DNA of 64,000 bases. It comes from Alphaproteobacteria bacterium. Its GTDB lineage: Bacteria; Pseudomonadota; Alphaproteobacteria; UBA2966. The position numbers and the translations under genes are program-made. Of the stretch, positions 1 to 9,410 are shown in pieces. The stretch covers positions 2,464,001-2,528,000 of the forward strand of contig OZ219856.1 in the NCBI GenBank assembly GCA_964291395.2, written 5' to 3'. Under the pieces are notes generated by a model. It was not told the origin of the DNA, did no database searches, and was given only the letters and a program-made list of their open reading frames with translations. Numbering within the stretch: position 1 is the first letter of the stretch; the number at the start of each line of letters is the position of its first letter.

Positions 1-334
1 TATCGGCGCGACGCCGGACAACCGCAGCCTGATGGCGGGCAAGGAAGACGCCTTTCCCGAACTCGAGGAAGCGGCCCGTCTCTGTGTCGAAGAGGATGGC
101 GCCGACGTCATCTGCCTCGGCTCGACGACGATGCACAAGGCCCACGAGTACCTGAAGGATCGCCTGGAGGTTCCGCTGATCGATCCGGGACCCCTCACCT
201 ACAGAATTGTCCAGGCTCTCTTCGGTCTGGGGCTTTCCCACAGCCGGCAGGCGTATCGCGGGCCGGTGACCCGCGTCGACGACATGATCGTCGCGATGGT
301 TGCGAACGGTGCCGCCGTTGTAACGGAATCGTAG
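1..334 (+). CDS. Asp/Glu/hydantoin racemase family protein, C-terminal part (5' end outside window)
   Basis: EEDGADVICLGSTTM...VPLIDPG resembles the hydantoin/allantoin racemase C-terminal region. Confidence 0.6.
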   Translation, partial: IGATPDNRSLMAGKEDAFPELEEAARLCVEEDGADVICLGSTTMHKAHEYLKDRLEVPLIDPGPLTYRIVQALFGLGLSHSRQAYRGPVTRVDDMIVAMVANGAAVVTES

Positions 335-384
335 AGGTTTAAGGACGTCGATCGCCCGCCAGACCTCATATGAGTCGTGTGAGA

Positions 385-1086
385 TCAAACCCCCAAATAT
401 CGGTGCTGGATGTCGAAGTTCCCTTTCAATTCTGCCGAAGAGCCCGACCACACGATACGGCCCTTCTCGATGACGTAGTGGCGGTCGGCAATGCGTGTCA
501 GCGCTTCCACGTTCTTGTCGATGACGAGGATGGATTGGCCCGCCGCCTTGAGATGCTCGAGCACGCGCCAGATCTCCGCCCGGATGAGTGGAGCCAGCCC
601 CTCCGTTGCCTCATCGAGAATGAGGAGGCGCGGATTGGTCATCAGCGCGCGGGCGATGGCCAGCATCTGCTGCTCTCCGCCGGATAGCTGATTGCCCATG
701 TTCGTACGCCGCTCGGCCAGGGCGGGAAAAAGGTCGAACACCCGACCCAGCGACCAGGGACTGTCGCTCGCGGACCGGTTCGCGGCCGTCGCCACCAGGT
801 TCTCGCGAACCGACAGATTCGGAAAGATCTGCCGGCCCTCGGGAACCAGACCGAGCCCGGCCCGTGCCACCTTGTAGGACGGCCACCCCGTGATGGGGAC
901 GCCATCCAAGGCGATCGCGCCCGCGTGGGGACGGACGATTCCCATGATCGAGCTGATCGTGGTCGTCTTGCCCATCCCGTTCCGGCCCAACAGCGTGACC
1001 ACCTCGCCCGCCTCGACGCCAAGCGACACGCCGAACAGCGCCTGGCTCGGACCGTAGAAGGTTTCGATGTTCTCGACCGTCAGCAT
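385..1086 (-). CDS. Branched-chain-amino-acid-type ABC ATP-binding subunit (LivF-like)
   Basis: Walker A GRNGMGKTT, LSGGEQQMLAIARAL, LILDEATEGLAP; likely start MLTVENIET at 1086. Confidence 0.9.
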   Translation of the reverse strand: MLTVENIETFYGPSQALFGVSLGVEAGEVVTLLGRNGMGKTTTISSIMGIVRPHAGAIALDGVPITGWPSYKVARAGLGLVPEGRQIFPNLSVRENLVATAANRSASDSPWSLGRVFDLFPALAERRTNMGNQLSGGEQQMLAIARALMTNPRLLILDEATEGLAPLIRAEIWRVLEHLKAAGQSILVIDKNVEALTRIADRHYVIEKGRIVWSGSSAELKGNFDIQHRYLGV

Positions 1087-1242
1087 CGACCTGCACCATC
1101 CCGTGCGCGATGGAACGTCACGACAATATCCAGAACGCGGCACCGACCTGCAACGCCCGTGCCGCTTGGAGGGCGGTCGCGCTAGACCCGCGCCGGTGCT
1201 AGATTCGACTGAACGCACGATTGAGAATCCGCGGGAACCACC

Positions 1243-2433
1243 ATGCCGTCACGATCGGCCGCGACCTGGGAACGGCCCCCTCCTCTCCCCGACGGTCACT
1301 ACGTCAGTGGCCGCGTGTATCACGACGAACAGATTTTCGCCGAAGAGCGCGAACACATATTCAGGAAGGTGTGGCACTTCGTCTGTCACGAGAGCGAGGT
1401 GGCGGAAGCCTTCGATTTCCGCACCGTCGAGCGCGCCGACGTGCCGCTGATAGTGGTCCGGAGCGAAGACGGCCGCATCCGCACTTTCATCAACGTCTGC
1501 TCCCACCGCGGCGCGCGGGTGGCGATGGAGCCCGGCGGCAACGCCCGCACCTTCACCTGCTTCTACCATCACTGGACATACGACACCGAGGGGTCCTGCG
1601 TCTCCATGCCGCGCCCCGAGGGCTACGACCATACTCCGATTCGCAAGGAGGACATGGGACTGCGAGAGGTGAAGACGGATGTGAAATGGGGCTTCGTCTT
1701 TGTCAACCTCGACGACGACTGCGCGCCGCTCGACGATTTCCTCGGCGGGGCCCTCGACATCTTCGATCGGGTTCTGCCCAACGCGGAGCTCGAGGTGTTC
1801 CACTATCACCGCGCCGAGATCGACGCCAACTGGAAGGCCTATCAGGAGACCATCGTCGATCTCTACCACGAGTTCATGCACGTGATCCTGCGCGACACCC
1901 AGATGCCCGCCGCGAGCATGGACGACCGCGAGATGCGCACCTACGCGAACGGTCATGTCACCATCGCCGGACTCAAGGCGGACTACGAGAAGTACGTGGG
2001 TTGGAGCCACCGCGACGACTCGACGTGCTTCCCCGGCCTCGAGCCGGACGACGCCCGATTCGCGCCGCTCTTTCCCGCCCAGACCTTCATCACGCGGGGC
2101 ACGGTCATGCGGGTCGACACGGTGCAGCCGGTCACGGCCCACAAATGCCTGATCGAGTCCCGCGGGCTCGGCCTGAAGGGCGAGTCGCCGGAAGACCGCA
2201 TGATGCGGATCGACCAGCACAACGAGTATTGGGGCCCGTTCGGCCGCAACGTTACGGAGGACGCGTTCGCCGCCGAGGGTTGCGAGATCTCGTTCGGCAA
2301 GGGTGCGGCACTGCGCGGCATAATCGCCCGCGACGAAGGCGGCAAGGGCCAGTGCGACTCGGGCCTCCGCGGGTTCTGGGCGGAATGGAGTCGGCGCATG
2401 GGCCGCCCGGCGAGCCACCCGACCAACGACTGA
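1243..2433 (+). CDS. Rieske non-heme iron oxygenase alpha subunit, methanesulfonate monooxygenase (MsmA)-like
   Basis: Rieske CSH-x17-CFYH, mononuclear Fe ligands YHEFMH...ED; C-terminal RGLGLKG...WGPFGRN..ED and AEWSRRMGR recall MsmA. Confidence 0.8.
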   Translation: MPSRSAATWERPPPLPDGHYVSGRVYHDEQIFAEEREHIFRKVWHFVCHESEVAEAFDFRTVERADVPLIVVRSEDGRIRTFINVCSHRGARVAMEPGGNARTFTCFYHHWTYDTEGSCVSMPRPEGYDHTPIRKEDMGLREVKTDVKWGFVFVNLDDDCAPLDDFLGGALDIFDRVLPNAELEVFHYHRAEIDANWKAYQETIVDLYHEFMHVILRDTQMPAASMDDREMRTYANGHVTIAGLKADYEKYVGWSHRDDSTCFPGLEPDDARFAPLFPAQTFITRGTVMRVDTVQPVTAHKCLIESRGLGLKGESPEDRMMRIDQHNEYWGPFGRNVTEDAFAAEGCEISFGKGAALRGIIARDEGGKGQCDSGLRGFWAEWSRRMGRPASHPTND

Positions 2434-2443
2434 CCGCGCCTCC

Positions 2444-2905
2444 GTGTCCGCCAGTAACGACGCCATCCGCGAGCTGATCTATCGCTCGTGCCGTTGTCTG
2501 GATACCCACGACTTCGACGGCTACATCGCGCTTTGCGCGCCAGCGTTCCGCTACCGGATAACGGTCTATAGCCCCGAGCTGCGCAAGGAGATGATCTGGC
2601 TCAACCACGACCGGGACCGGCTCGCCACGCTGCTGTCCGCCGTGCCCCGTCACCTGGCGCGCCTCGGGTCCCTGCAGCGCAACGCGACCGTCTACATCAT
2701 CGAGCGGGATGGAACCGAGGGACCGGCCCGGGTCACGTCGGCTTTTTCGGTCTTCAACATCGACAACGAAGGCCGGCCCAGCGTCTTCGCCGTCGGGCAT
2801 TATCACGACACGATCGACGTCGGCGGCGAGCGGCCGCTGCTCGTCGCGCGCAACGCCCGCCTCGCGTCCCGCGACCTCGGCATCGGCTCCCACGTCCCCA
2901 TTTGA
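2444..2905 (+). CDS. Oxygenase beta subunit, MsmB-like (SnoaL/NTF2 fold)
   Basis: ELIYRSC..LD, YSPELRKEMIWLNHDR and RDLGIGSHVPI resemble MsmB; directly follows the alpha subunit. Confidence 0.75.
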   Translation: MSASNDAIRELIYRSCRCLDTHDFDGYIALCAPAFRYRITVYSPELRKEMIWLNHDRDRLATLLSAVPRHLARLGSLQRNATVYIIERDGTEGPARVTSAFSVFNIDNEGRPSVFAVGHYHDTIDVGGERPLLVARNARLASRDLGIGSHVPI

Positions 2906-2974
2906 GCGCCCGGCGCCGGGCCGCTAGATTGCCCTGTCCGCCCGATACCGACACGTCGAGTTCGAGATGACACC

Positions 2975-3700
2975 ATGAGCCGAACCGCCATCGTCACCGG
3001 CGCGAGCCGGGGCATTGGTCGCGCCATCACAGAACGTCTCATCGGAGAGGGCTGGCGCATCTACAACTTCGACCGCGAGCCGCCCAGTGAACGCCAGGAC
3101 CTTCGGGACCAATGGGTCGAGGTCGACCTGACCGAGTCGGTTTCCCTCGAGGAGGCGCTCGACCGCATCCTCGCGGAGGGGCCAGTGCTCGGCGTGGTGA
3201 ACAATGCGGGAATCGTCGGCCGCCAGTCGATCGATGAATTCACGCCGGAGGTATTCGACCGGGTGCTCGCCACCAACACGCGCAGCGCCGGACAGATCGT
3301 TCGGGCCGTCGTGCCGGGCATGCGCGAGGCGCGATTCGGGCGCATCGTCAATATCTCAAGCCGCGCCAGCCTGGGCAAGCACGACCGCAGCTCCTATGCC
3401 GCCGCCAAGGCCGGACTGATCGCCATGTCAAAGGTCTGGACGCTCGAACTCGCCGGCGACGGCATCACCTGCAATGCCATCGGTCCCGGTCCCATCAAGA
3501 CCCAACTGTGGATGGCCGCCAATCCTCCCGACGATCCCCGCACGACGGCGCTCGTCGAGAGCGTGCCGGTGGGCCGCATGGGCGAACCGCAGGACATCGC
3601 CAACGCGGTCGCCTTCTTCATGGACGAACGCTCGGGCTTCGTCACCGGGCAGATCCTGTACGTCTGCGGCGGCATCACCGTGGCCCGAGGCGGCGCCTGA
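2975..3700 (+). CDS. Short-chain dehydrogenase/reductase
   Basis: TGASRGIG, NNAG, YAAAK. Confidence 0.9.
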   Translation: MSRTAIVTGASRGIGRAITERLIGEGWRIYNFDREPPSERQDLRDQWVEVDLTESVSLEEALDRILAEGPVLGVVNNAGIVGRQSIDEFTPEVFDRVLATNTRSAGQIVRAVVPGMREARFGRIVNISSRASLGKHDRSSYAAAKAGLIAMSKVWTLELAGDGITCNAIGPGPIKTQLWMAANPPDDPRTTALVESVPVGRMGEPQDIANAVAFFMDERSGFVTGQILYVCGGITVARGGA

Positions 3701-3735
3701 CTACGGCCGAGCGCTGGCGGGAGCGAAGGGGCGCG

Positions 3736-5139
3736 TCAATTCAGGTAGCCGAGGAAACGCCACCAGAGATAGCTGACAGGCGCGAGCACGAGGAGACCTG
3801 TCAGGCCCACCGCGAGGCACGTCCGCGTGAGCTGCGCGTTGGGCACGTTGCAAACCGCGCCCACGATTAGCAGAGGTCCCATCTGGTAGGGCAGCAGGTA
3901 GTTCGAATACCCGACCGCGTGCATGTTCAGGACGGTCGCCACCGGAAGCCCCGAAGCCTCCGCGATGCTCCCCGAAAGAGGCACCATGACGGCCGCGATA
4001 CCCGGCGCCGTGATGAGGAACTGGACCATCGTATCGATCAAGATCACCGCCGCGAACGTCATGAGGTCGTGGCCCGGTTCGAAAGCGACGGCGGCGTGAA
4101 GTTCCCGCCCGATGATCTCGCCGAGTCCGACATGGTCCACCAAGGCCCCGACCCCGAGGATGGCGGCGGTAAGGAAGATGGGGACGAAATTGATGTTGCC
4201 GGCGAAGATAGTTCGGGGCAGCACGCCTATGACCGGCAACATGCAAGCCAGCGCTGCCGCCAGGGCGATCCAAGCTGGCGAGACCTGATGCGCGAAATCG
4301 GTCATCCAGGCCAACAGTGCCAGTACGAGGAACAGCCCCAGACGCTTCTCGTCCGCCGAGGCTGGCGCATCTGTCGTCCCTTGGTCGGAGAATGTCGGGC
4401 GGTCGGGGAACATCACCACGATCACCCCGACGATCAGCAGCGCCTTGAGCACGCCCAGCGTCGGAAAATGCAGCAGCAGGTAGGGTCCATAGGTCAGCAC
4501 GACTCCGTAGACGCTTTCCGCCCCGCCCATCAGCACCAGATTCGGCACGTTTGCCGGCAGGATCCCGGCCGCAGGCGACGAGGTCCCGAACCCCATGGCC
4601 AGCACGATTCCGAGATAGCCGTTGCTTCCCGGCTGGAAGCCGAGCCGCTCGGCCAGCGCCATCGCGATCGGAGCCAGCAGGACGATCCGCCCCATGCTCG
4701 AGGGCATGAGAAACGCCAGCACGACGCCGACGGTAACCATGCCGGCGATCACGCCGGCGTAACCGAAGGTGAAGCGCCGGGCGAACGCGTTGGCGATGCG
4801 CGCGCCGAGCCCCGTGGTCTGCACTGCGGCGCCGATCACCAAGCCACCGAAGACCGTCCAGTTCGCCGTGGAATGGAACCCGGAAAAGACAACCTCGGCG
4901 GGCGCCACGACCAGCAGCATGGCCAGAAGGAAGAACAGGAGAGAGGTCAGGATCTCCGGGATGATGGCCGTCGCCCACAACGCCAGCACCGCCACGATCA
5001 GCGCCGCGCTGTTGGCCTGGTTGACGCCGAGATCGAAGGGCCGTGCGACGGCGATCCAGAGGGCGGCCGCGCCGGCCGCGGCCGCGACGACATGGCGCAG
5101 GCGGAATACGTCCATGGGAACCCGAACCACGCCGTTCAC
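3736..5139 (-). CDS. SLC13/DASS family anion (sulfate/dicarboxylate):sodium symporter
   Basis: Many hydrophobic segments; MPSSMGR and LPANVPN hairpin motifs, LPYQ near the C-terminus. Confidence 0.75.
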   Translation of the reverse strand: MNGVVRVPMDVFRLRHVVAAAAGAAALWIAVARPFDLGVNQANSAALIVAVLALWATAIIPEILTSLLFFLLAMLLVVAPAEVVFSGFHSTANWTVFGGLVIGAAVQTTGLGARIANAFARRFTFGYAGVIAGMVTVGVVLAFLMPSSMGRIVLLAPIAMALAERLGFQPGSNGYLGIVLAMGFGTSSPAAGILPANVPNLVLMGGAESVYGVVLTYGPYLLLHFPTLGVLKALLIVGVIVVMFPDRPTFSDQGTTDAPASADEKRLGLFLVLALLAWMTDFAHQVSPAWIALAAALACMLPVIGVLPRTIFAGNINFVPIFLTAAILGVGALVDHVGLGEIIGRELHAAVAFEPGHDLMTFAAVILIDTMVQFLITAPGIAAVMVPLSGSIAEASGLPVATVLNMHAVGYSNYLLPYQMGPLLIVGAVCNVPNAQLTRTCLAVGLTGLLVLAPVSYLWWRFLGYLN

Positions 5140-5221
5140 GCCGGCCGGCTCGCGATACGTTTGCGCCGGGGGCGTGCCAGAGACGGTGTAGGGGGGCTTC
5201 CGGTCCGGGACTTGTTGGAGT

Positions 5222-5509
5222 TCAAGAGATCCTGGGGTTCAGCAAGAGCGGAAGCCAGGGCGCCGGCGGCAGGCAACCATCCCCCATGGGGAAAGGCTTG
5301 CCGTTCCGGTCGACCGGCGGTTTCGAGTTCAGCCGGTCGTAATAGCGCTGTATGTGAATCGGGTTCGTCTTGTCGAACGGCTCGACCAGCCGTTCCGGCC
5401 TGGACATCGAGCCCATGGCCGGTTCGGCCTCGTCCGCGAGCGCGGGCCCTGCGGCGGCCAGGGTCAGACAGAACAGCGCGAGGACCGCGCGCCGGACAGG
5501 CATCACCAT
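5222..5509 (-). CDS. Small hypothetical secreted protein
   Basis: Signal-peptide-like RRAVLALFCLTLAAAGPALA followed by a polar mature region. Confidence 0.45.
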   Translation of the reverse strand: MVMPVRRAVLALFCLTLAAAGPALADEAEPAMGSMSRPERLVEPFDKTNPIHIQRYYDRLNSKPPVDRNGKPFPMGDGCLPPAPWLPLLLNPRIS

Positions 5510-5761
5510 TGTGTTCCCGTGGTTCCCATAAGTCGTTGCATCCTAGGGATGTCCGCCTCGCGGCACAATTCGGGAATTCGCGGGAAGCCTTCGCCCGTTC
5601 AGCCGTTGGCGGACAAGCCCCCGGAGAGCGCCTTGCCCGACAAGCGGCCGGAGAGCTCCCGCCGTCCCGTCCGTCGTGAACCGGGTCATTGATTTCGCCG
5701 GTCGAAACGTCGACGATGGTCCGGCGGCACACGTTCCGAAACGACCAAGGGAAGCACGGAC

Positions 5762-6286
5762 ATGCAGTTCCGGATGAAGCAGGTGTTCGACAGCTCGCGG
5801 GAGAAGCTGCGCGAAAAGCCGTCGCGCGGCCTGATGTCGGCGACCGTCGAGAGCCGGCAGGTCGACGGCTTCGAAAGCCACGTCTCCATTCGCGATTTCA
5901 CCATCGTGGCGGATGAGCCCAGGAATTTCGGCGGCGGGGACAAGGGCCCGAAGCCCTCGGAGATCCTGCTGTCGGCCCTGGCCGCCTGCCAGGAGGTGAC
6001 CTACCGGCTCTACGCCGACGCCATGGAGATTCCGCTGCGGAGCGTTTCCGTCACGGTGACGGGAGAGGCCGACCTGCGCGGTTTCGTCGACGTGGACGGC
6101 ATTCGCGCCGGCCTGCAGCGGGTGACCGGCACGGTGACCCTGGACACGCCGGCTGGTCCGGAAGACATCCGGCGCCTGCGGGCCAGGGTCGACGCCCACT
6201 GCCCGGTGCTCGACTCGCTCCAGACGCCGATCGAGGTCAGCCTGGACCTTGAGGTCACGAACTCGGAACGGCAGGCAGCGGAGTAG
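5762..6286 (+). CDS. OsmC/Ohr family protein
   Basis: DEP..GG.D.GP.P.E..L.ALAAC and HCPV motifs. Confidence 0.85.
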   Translation: MQFRMKQVFDSSREKLREKPSRGLMSATVESRQVDGFESHVSIRDFTIVADEPRNFGGGDKGPKPSEILLSALAACQEVTYRLYADAMEIPLRSVSVTVTGEADLRGFVDVDGIRAGLQRVTGTVTLDTPAGPEDIRRLRARVDAHCPVLDSLQTPIEVSLDLEVTNSERQAAE

Positions 6287-6317
6287 CAGCCCTCATCGTC
6301 GTCTGTAGCCGCACGAC

Positions 6318-6401
6318 ATCAGCAACGGCGACCTGAACCGGATTTCGAACTACATTTGGGGCATCGCCGACGACGTCCTGCGCTACCTCTACGTGCGCGG
6401 C
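6318..6401 (+). pseudogene. Fragment of the N-terminus of a type I restriction-modification methyltransferase (HsdM)
   Basis: Translates (ATC in place of ATG) as SNGDLNRISNYIWGIADDVLRYLYVRG, resembling HsdM N-terminal NxIWGIADDVLRDxYVRGKY; resemblance ends abruptly. Confidence 0.7.
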
Positions 6402-6582
6402 GGCGGTCGGGCGGCCCGGAACATGGCGGTTCACCGCACCAGAGAATGCCGGCCTCAGGAGGCCGCGTGTGGCACACGCGGGGTCGAGTTTGCTACAACG
6501 GGCCGCGCCGCCCCCGGGCAGCGTCTGAGTTCCTGTCGTAAAGGCCCTTCCAGCCGTACGTCACGTACGAGAAGGAGGATGG

Positions 6583-7848
6583 ATGTCCCAGTTGGTCAAT
6601 CCCCATGGCGGGGGTGCCCTGAAACCGCTGCTGGCACCCGAATCGGAGCGTGCGGCCGGCCTCGAACGGGCCGGATCCCTCAAACGCGTCCCGCTCACGA
6701 GCCGCGAGGTGTCAGACTTCCTGATGCTGGCGATGGGCGCCTATACGCCGCTCGACGGCTTCATGGGACATGACGACTGGCGCGGCGCCTGCGTCGACAT
6801 GAGGCTTGCCGACGGCACCTTCTGGCCCATTCCCATCACGCTTTCCTGCGAACGGTCCCTCGCCGATTCGATCAGCGACGGCGAGGAAGTCGCGCTCGTG
6901 GACGCGGACTCGAACGAGGTGCTGGGCACGCTCGCCGTCGAGGAGAAGTACACCATCGACCGGAAGCTGGAATGCAACAGCGTCTTCCGCACGACCGATC
7001 CTGGTCACCCCGGCGTTCAGAAGGTCGTGGCCCAGCCCGAGGTCAATCTCGCGGGCCCCGTCGTCGCCTTCAGCGAGAGCCGCTATCCCCAAACCTACGA
7101 GGGCCTCTATTACCGCCCCGACGAAACCCGCAGGCTGTTCCGGGAGAGAGGCTGGTCGCGGGTGGCGGCATTCCAGACCCGCAACCCCATGCACCGCAGT
7201 CACGAGTTTCTCGCCAAGATCGCGGTCGAGGTCTGCGACGGCGTGCTGATCCATCAGGTCCTCGGCGCGCTCAAGCCCGGCGACATTCCCGCCGGCGTCC
7301 GGGTCGAAGCCATCGACAAGCTGGTGGAGAGCTACTTCGCGCCCGGCACCGCGATCCAGGCGGGCTATCCCATCGAGATGCGCTATGCCGGACCGCGAGA
7401 GGCGCTGCTCCATGCCCTCTTCCGCCAAAACTTCGGCTGCTCCCACCTCGTCGTGGGCCGCGATCATGCCGGCGTCGGCGATTACTACGGGCCGTTCGAC
7501 GCCCAAGACGTCTTCGACGAACTCGGACCCGGCGACCTGGAGATCCGGCCTCTCAAGATCGACGTCACCTTCTTCTGTCACAAGTGCGAGGGCATGGCGA
7601 CGGGCAAGACTTGTTACGATCCGGGCGACGGCGACCCGCCGGACGAGGCGGCCCGCATCGCCTTCGCCGCGGAGGTGGCGACCGGCGCGGCCGAGGCCCG
7701 GCCCTGCGCCCACGGGCCCGAGACCAAACTCTCGATCTCCGGCACCCGTCTGCGCGAGATGTTCGCTAACCATGAGACCGTGCCCGAGGAGTTCAGCCGC
7801 CGGGAGGTTCTCGAGGTCCTCCAGGCCTACTACGACGGCTTGGCGTAA
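6583..7848 (+). CDS. sat: Sulfate adenylyltransferase (ATP sulfurylase)
   Basis: [49 protein letters not shown]. Confidence 0.95.
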   Translation: MSQLVNPHGGGALKPLLAPESERAAGLERAGSLKRVPLTSREVSDFLMLAMGAYTPLDGFMGHDDWRGACVDMRLADGTFWPIPITLSCERSLADSISDGEEVALVDADSNEVLGTLAVEEKYTIDRKLECNSVFRTTDPGHPGVQKVVAQPEVNLAGPVVAFSESRYPQTYEGLYYRPDETRRLFRERGWSRVAAFQTRNPMHRSHEFLAKIAVEVCDGVLIHQVLGALKPGDIPAGVRVEAIDKLVESYFAPGTAIQAGYPIEMRYAGPREALLHALFRQNFGCSHLVVGRDHAGVGDYYGPFDAQDVFDELGPGDLEIRPLKIDVTFFCHKCEGMATGKTCYDPGDGDPPDEAARIAFAAEVATGAAEARPCAHGPETKLSISGTRLREMFANHETVPEEFSRREVLEVLQAYYDGLA

Positions 7849-7881
7849 CGAGGCGGCCGCGCCTTTTCCCGGCCCATCGGC

Positions 7882-7911
7882 TTGACAAAGTCCCGCTTCT
7901 CAAACTACTCA
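7882..7911 (+). promoter_or_regulatory. Possible sigma70 promoter for aprMBA
   Basis: Perfect TTGACA at 7882-7887; the -10 element is weak. Confidence 0.3.
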
Positions 7912-8171
7912 ACACTCACAATCCGGGGTTCGCCAGGCGCGGCCGCGCTCGCGGCGGAACCACGGGTGCATGTAGGGTATCGACTTTCCGGACAGGGCAA
8001 TCCCCGTCGCGTATGGACTTTGACTTTTACATTGCCGGTCGCGCCGACCGCGGACCGGTATTCGGTCGGAGACCACGCTCAACCGTCATCGGGGGCTGGC
8101 GCCTGAGGCGGACTCGCTGACGGTCCTCGGGTCCCTGCGGCAATCGAACTGGCTACCATCGGGGTGCTTTG

Positions 8172-8924
8172 ATGTTCAGCGTTAATCCCTTTGCCGAAAT
8201 CTCGGCGACCATATCGCCCGCCGTCATGCAGTGGTACATCATCGTGATGGCCCTGTTCGTGGCGGGCGGCACGCTCTTCGACATGGTCCACAAGAAGAGC
8301 GCCCGCTACTTCTTCCAGGACTGGAAGGCCAAGAAGAAACGCGCGACCAAGCCGCTCGGCGGCGGCGAGATGGTCTCACTCGCGGTCGAGACCGCCGTGG
8401 TCGACGTGCTCGCCTCGGGCGAGTTCTGCAAGGTGCCGCGCCGCATCGCGCACCTGCTGTCGTTTTACGGCTTCCTGGCCTACCTCATCGCCACTGTCGT
8501 CATGGTGTTCTCGTACCCGACCAAAGAGATGGCCACCCCCGCCTGGCTACCCAACATCTGGTACCTCGGCGCCGCGCTGGTCATGGTGGGCGGCTATTGG
8601 TTCTGGTTCTTCATCCGGGTCGACGTCGCCAAGGAGGAGCACTCGCCCTTCCGCCTGGTGCACGCCGACCTTTTCGTCGTTTCGCTGCTGGCCAGCGTCA
8701 CGCTCGGCTTCATTTGGGGCCTGACCCAGGCCGCCGGCGACGCCGGCTGGGCCAACTTCTTCCTGGCGATCTACGTCATCGCCAATACGGTGCTCTTCGT
8801 CGGCGTGCCGTGGTCCAAGTTTTCCCACATGTTCTACAAGCCCGCGGCGGCCTTCCAGAAGAAGGTCGAGGAGGCGGACGGCTCGACCAACATGCCGCCC
8901 CCCGCAGACCGACCCCTTCTCTAG
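8172..8924 (+). CDS. aprM: Adenylylsulfate reductase membrane anchor
   Basis: Multi-TM protein with HKKSARYFF, RRIAHLL, YWFWFFIRVDV, WSKFSHMFYKP; lies upstream of aprB. Confidence 0.9.
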   Translation: MFSVNPFAEISATISPAVMQWYIIVMALFVAGGTLFDMVHKKSARYFFQDWKAKKKRATKPLGGGEMVSLAVETAVVDVLASGEFCKVPRRIAHLLSFYGFLAYLIATVVMVFSYPTKEMATPAWLPNIWYLGAALVMVGGYWFWFFIRVDVAKEEHSPFRLVHADLFVVSLLASVTLGFIWGLTQAAGDAGWANFFLAIYVIANTVLFVGVPWSKFSHMFYKPAAAFQKKVEEADGSTNMPPPADRPLL

Positions 8925-8956
8925 AAGCGACACCGCCAATCCAGGAGCGTACCGGC

Positions 8957-9406
8957 ATGCCTACTTTCGTTTACATGACGCGTTGCGACGGCTGCGGAGA
9001 GTGCGTGGACATCTGCCCCTCCGACATCATGCACATCGACAAGACCTATCGCCGCGCCTACAACATCGAGCCCAACATGTGCTGGGAGTGCTATTCCTGC
9101 GTGAAGATGTGCCCGCAGCACGCCATCGACGTCCGCGGCTACGCCGACTTCGCACCGCTCGGCCACAGCGTCCGCGTGCGCCGCGAGCCTGAGAAGGGCA
9201 CCATCTCCTGGAAGATCAAGTTCCGCGACGGCCGCGAGAAGGACTTCATCTCCCCCATCCGCACCACGCCCTGGGGCTCGATCGAAGAGCCCAAGGACTT
9301 CCCGGCGCCGACGGAGGAGGAATACACCTCGCAGGAGCTTTGGCACGAGCCCGCCGCCCTGAAGATCGACGCCCTGCCCACCCTGGCAGGCAAAGCGAAG
9401 GCCTGA
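8957..9406 (+). CDS. aprB: Adenylylsulfate reductase beta subunit (2x[4Fe-4S])
   Basis: MPTFVYMTRCDGCGECVDICPSD...CWECYSCVKMCP; RGYADFAPLG. Confidence 0.97.
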   Translation: MPTFVYMTRCDGCGECVDICPSDIMHIDKTYRRAYNIEPNMCWECYSCVKMCPQHAIDVRGYADFAPLGHSVRVRREPEKGTISWKIKFRDGREKDFISPIRTTPWGSIEEPKDFPAPTEEEYTSQELWHEPAALKIDALPTLAGKAKA

Positions 9407-9410
9407 AGAC

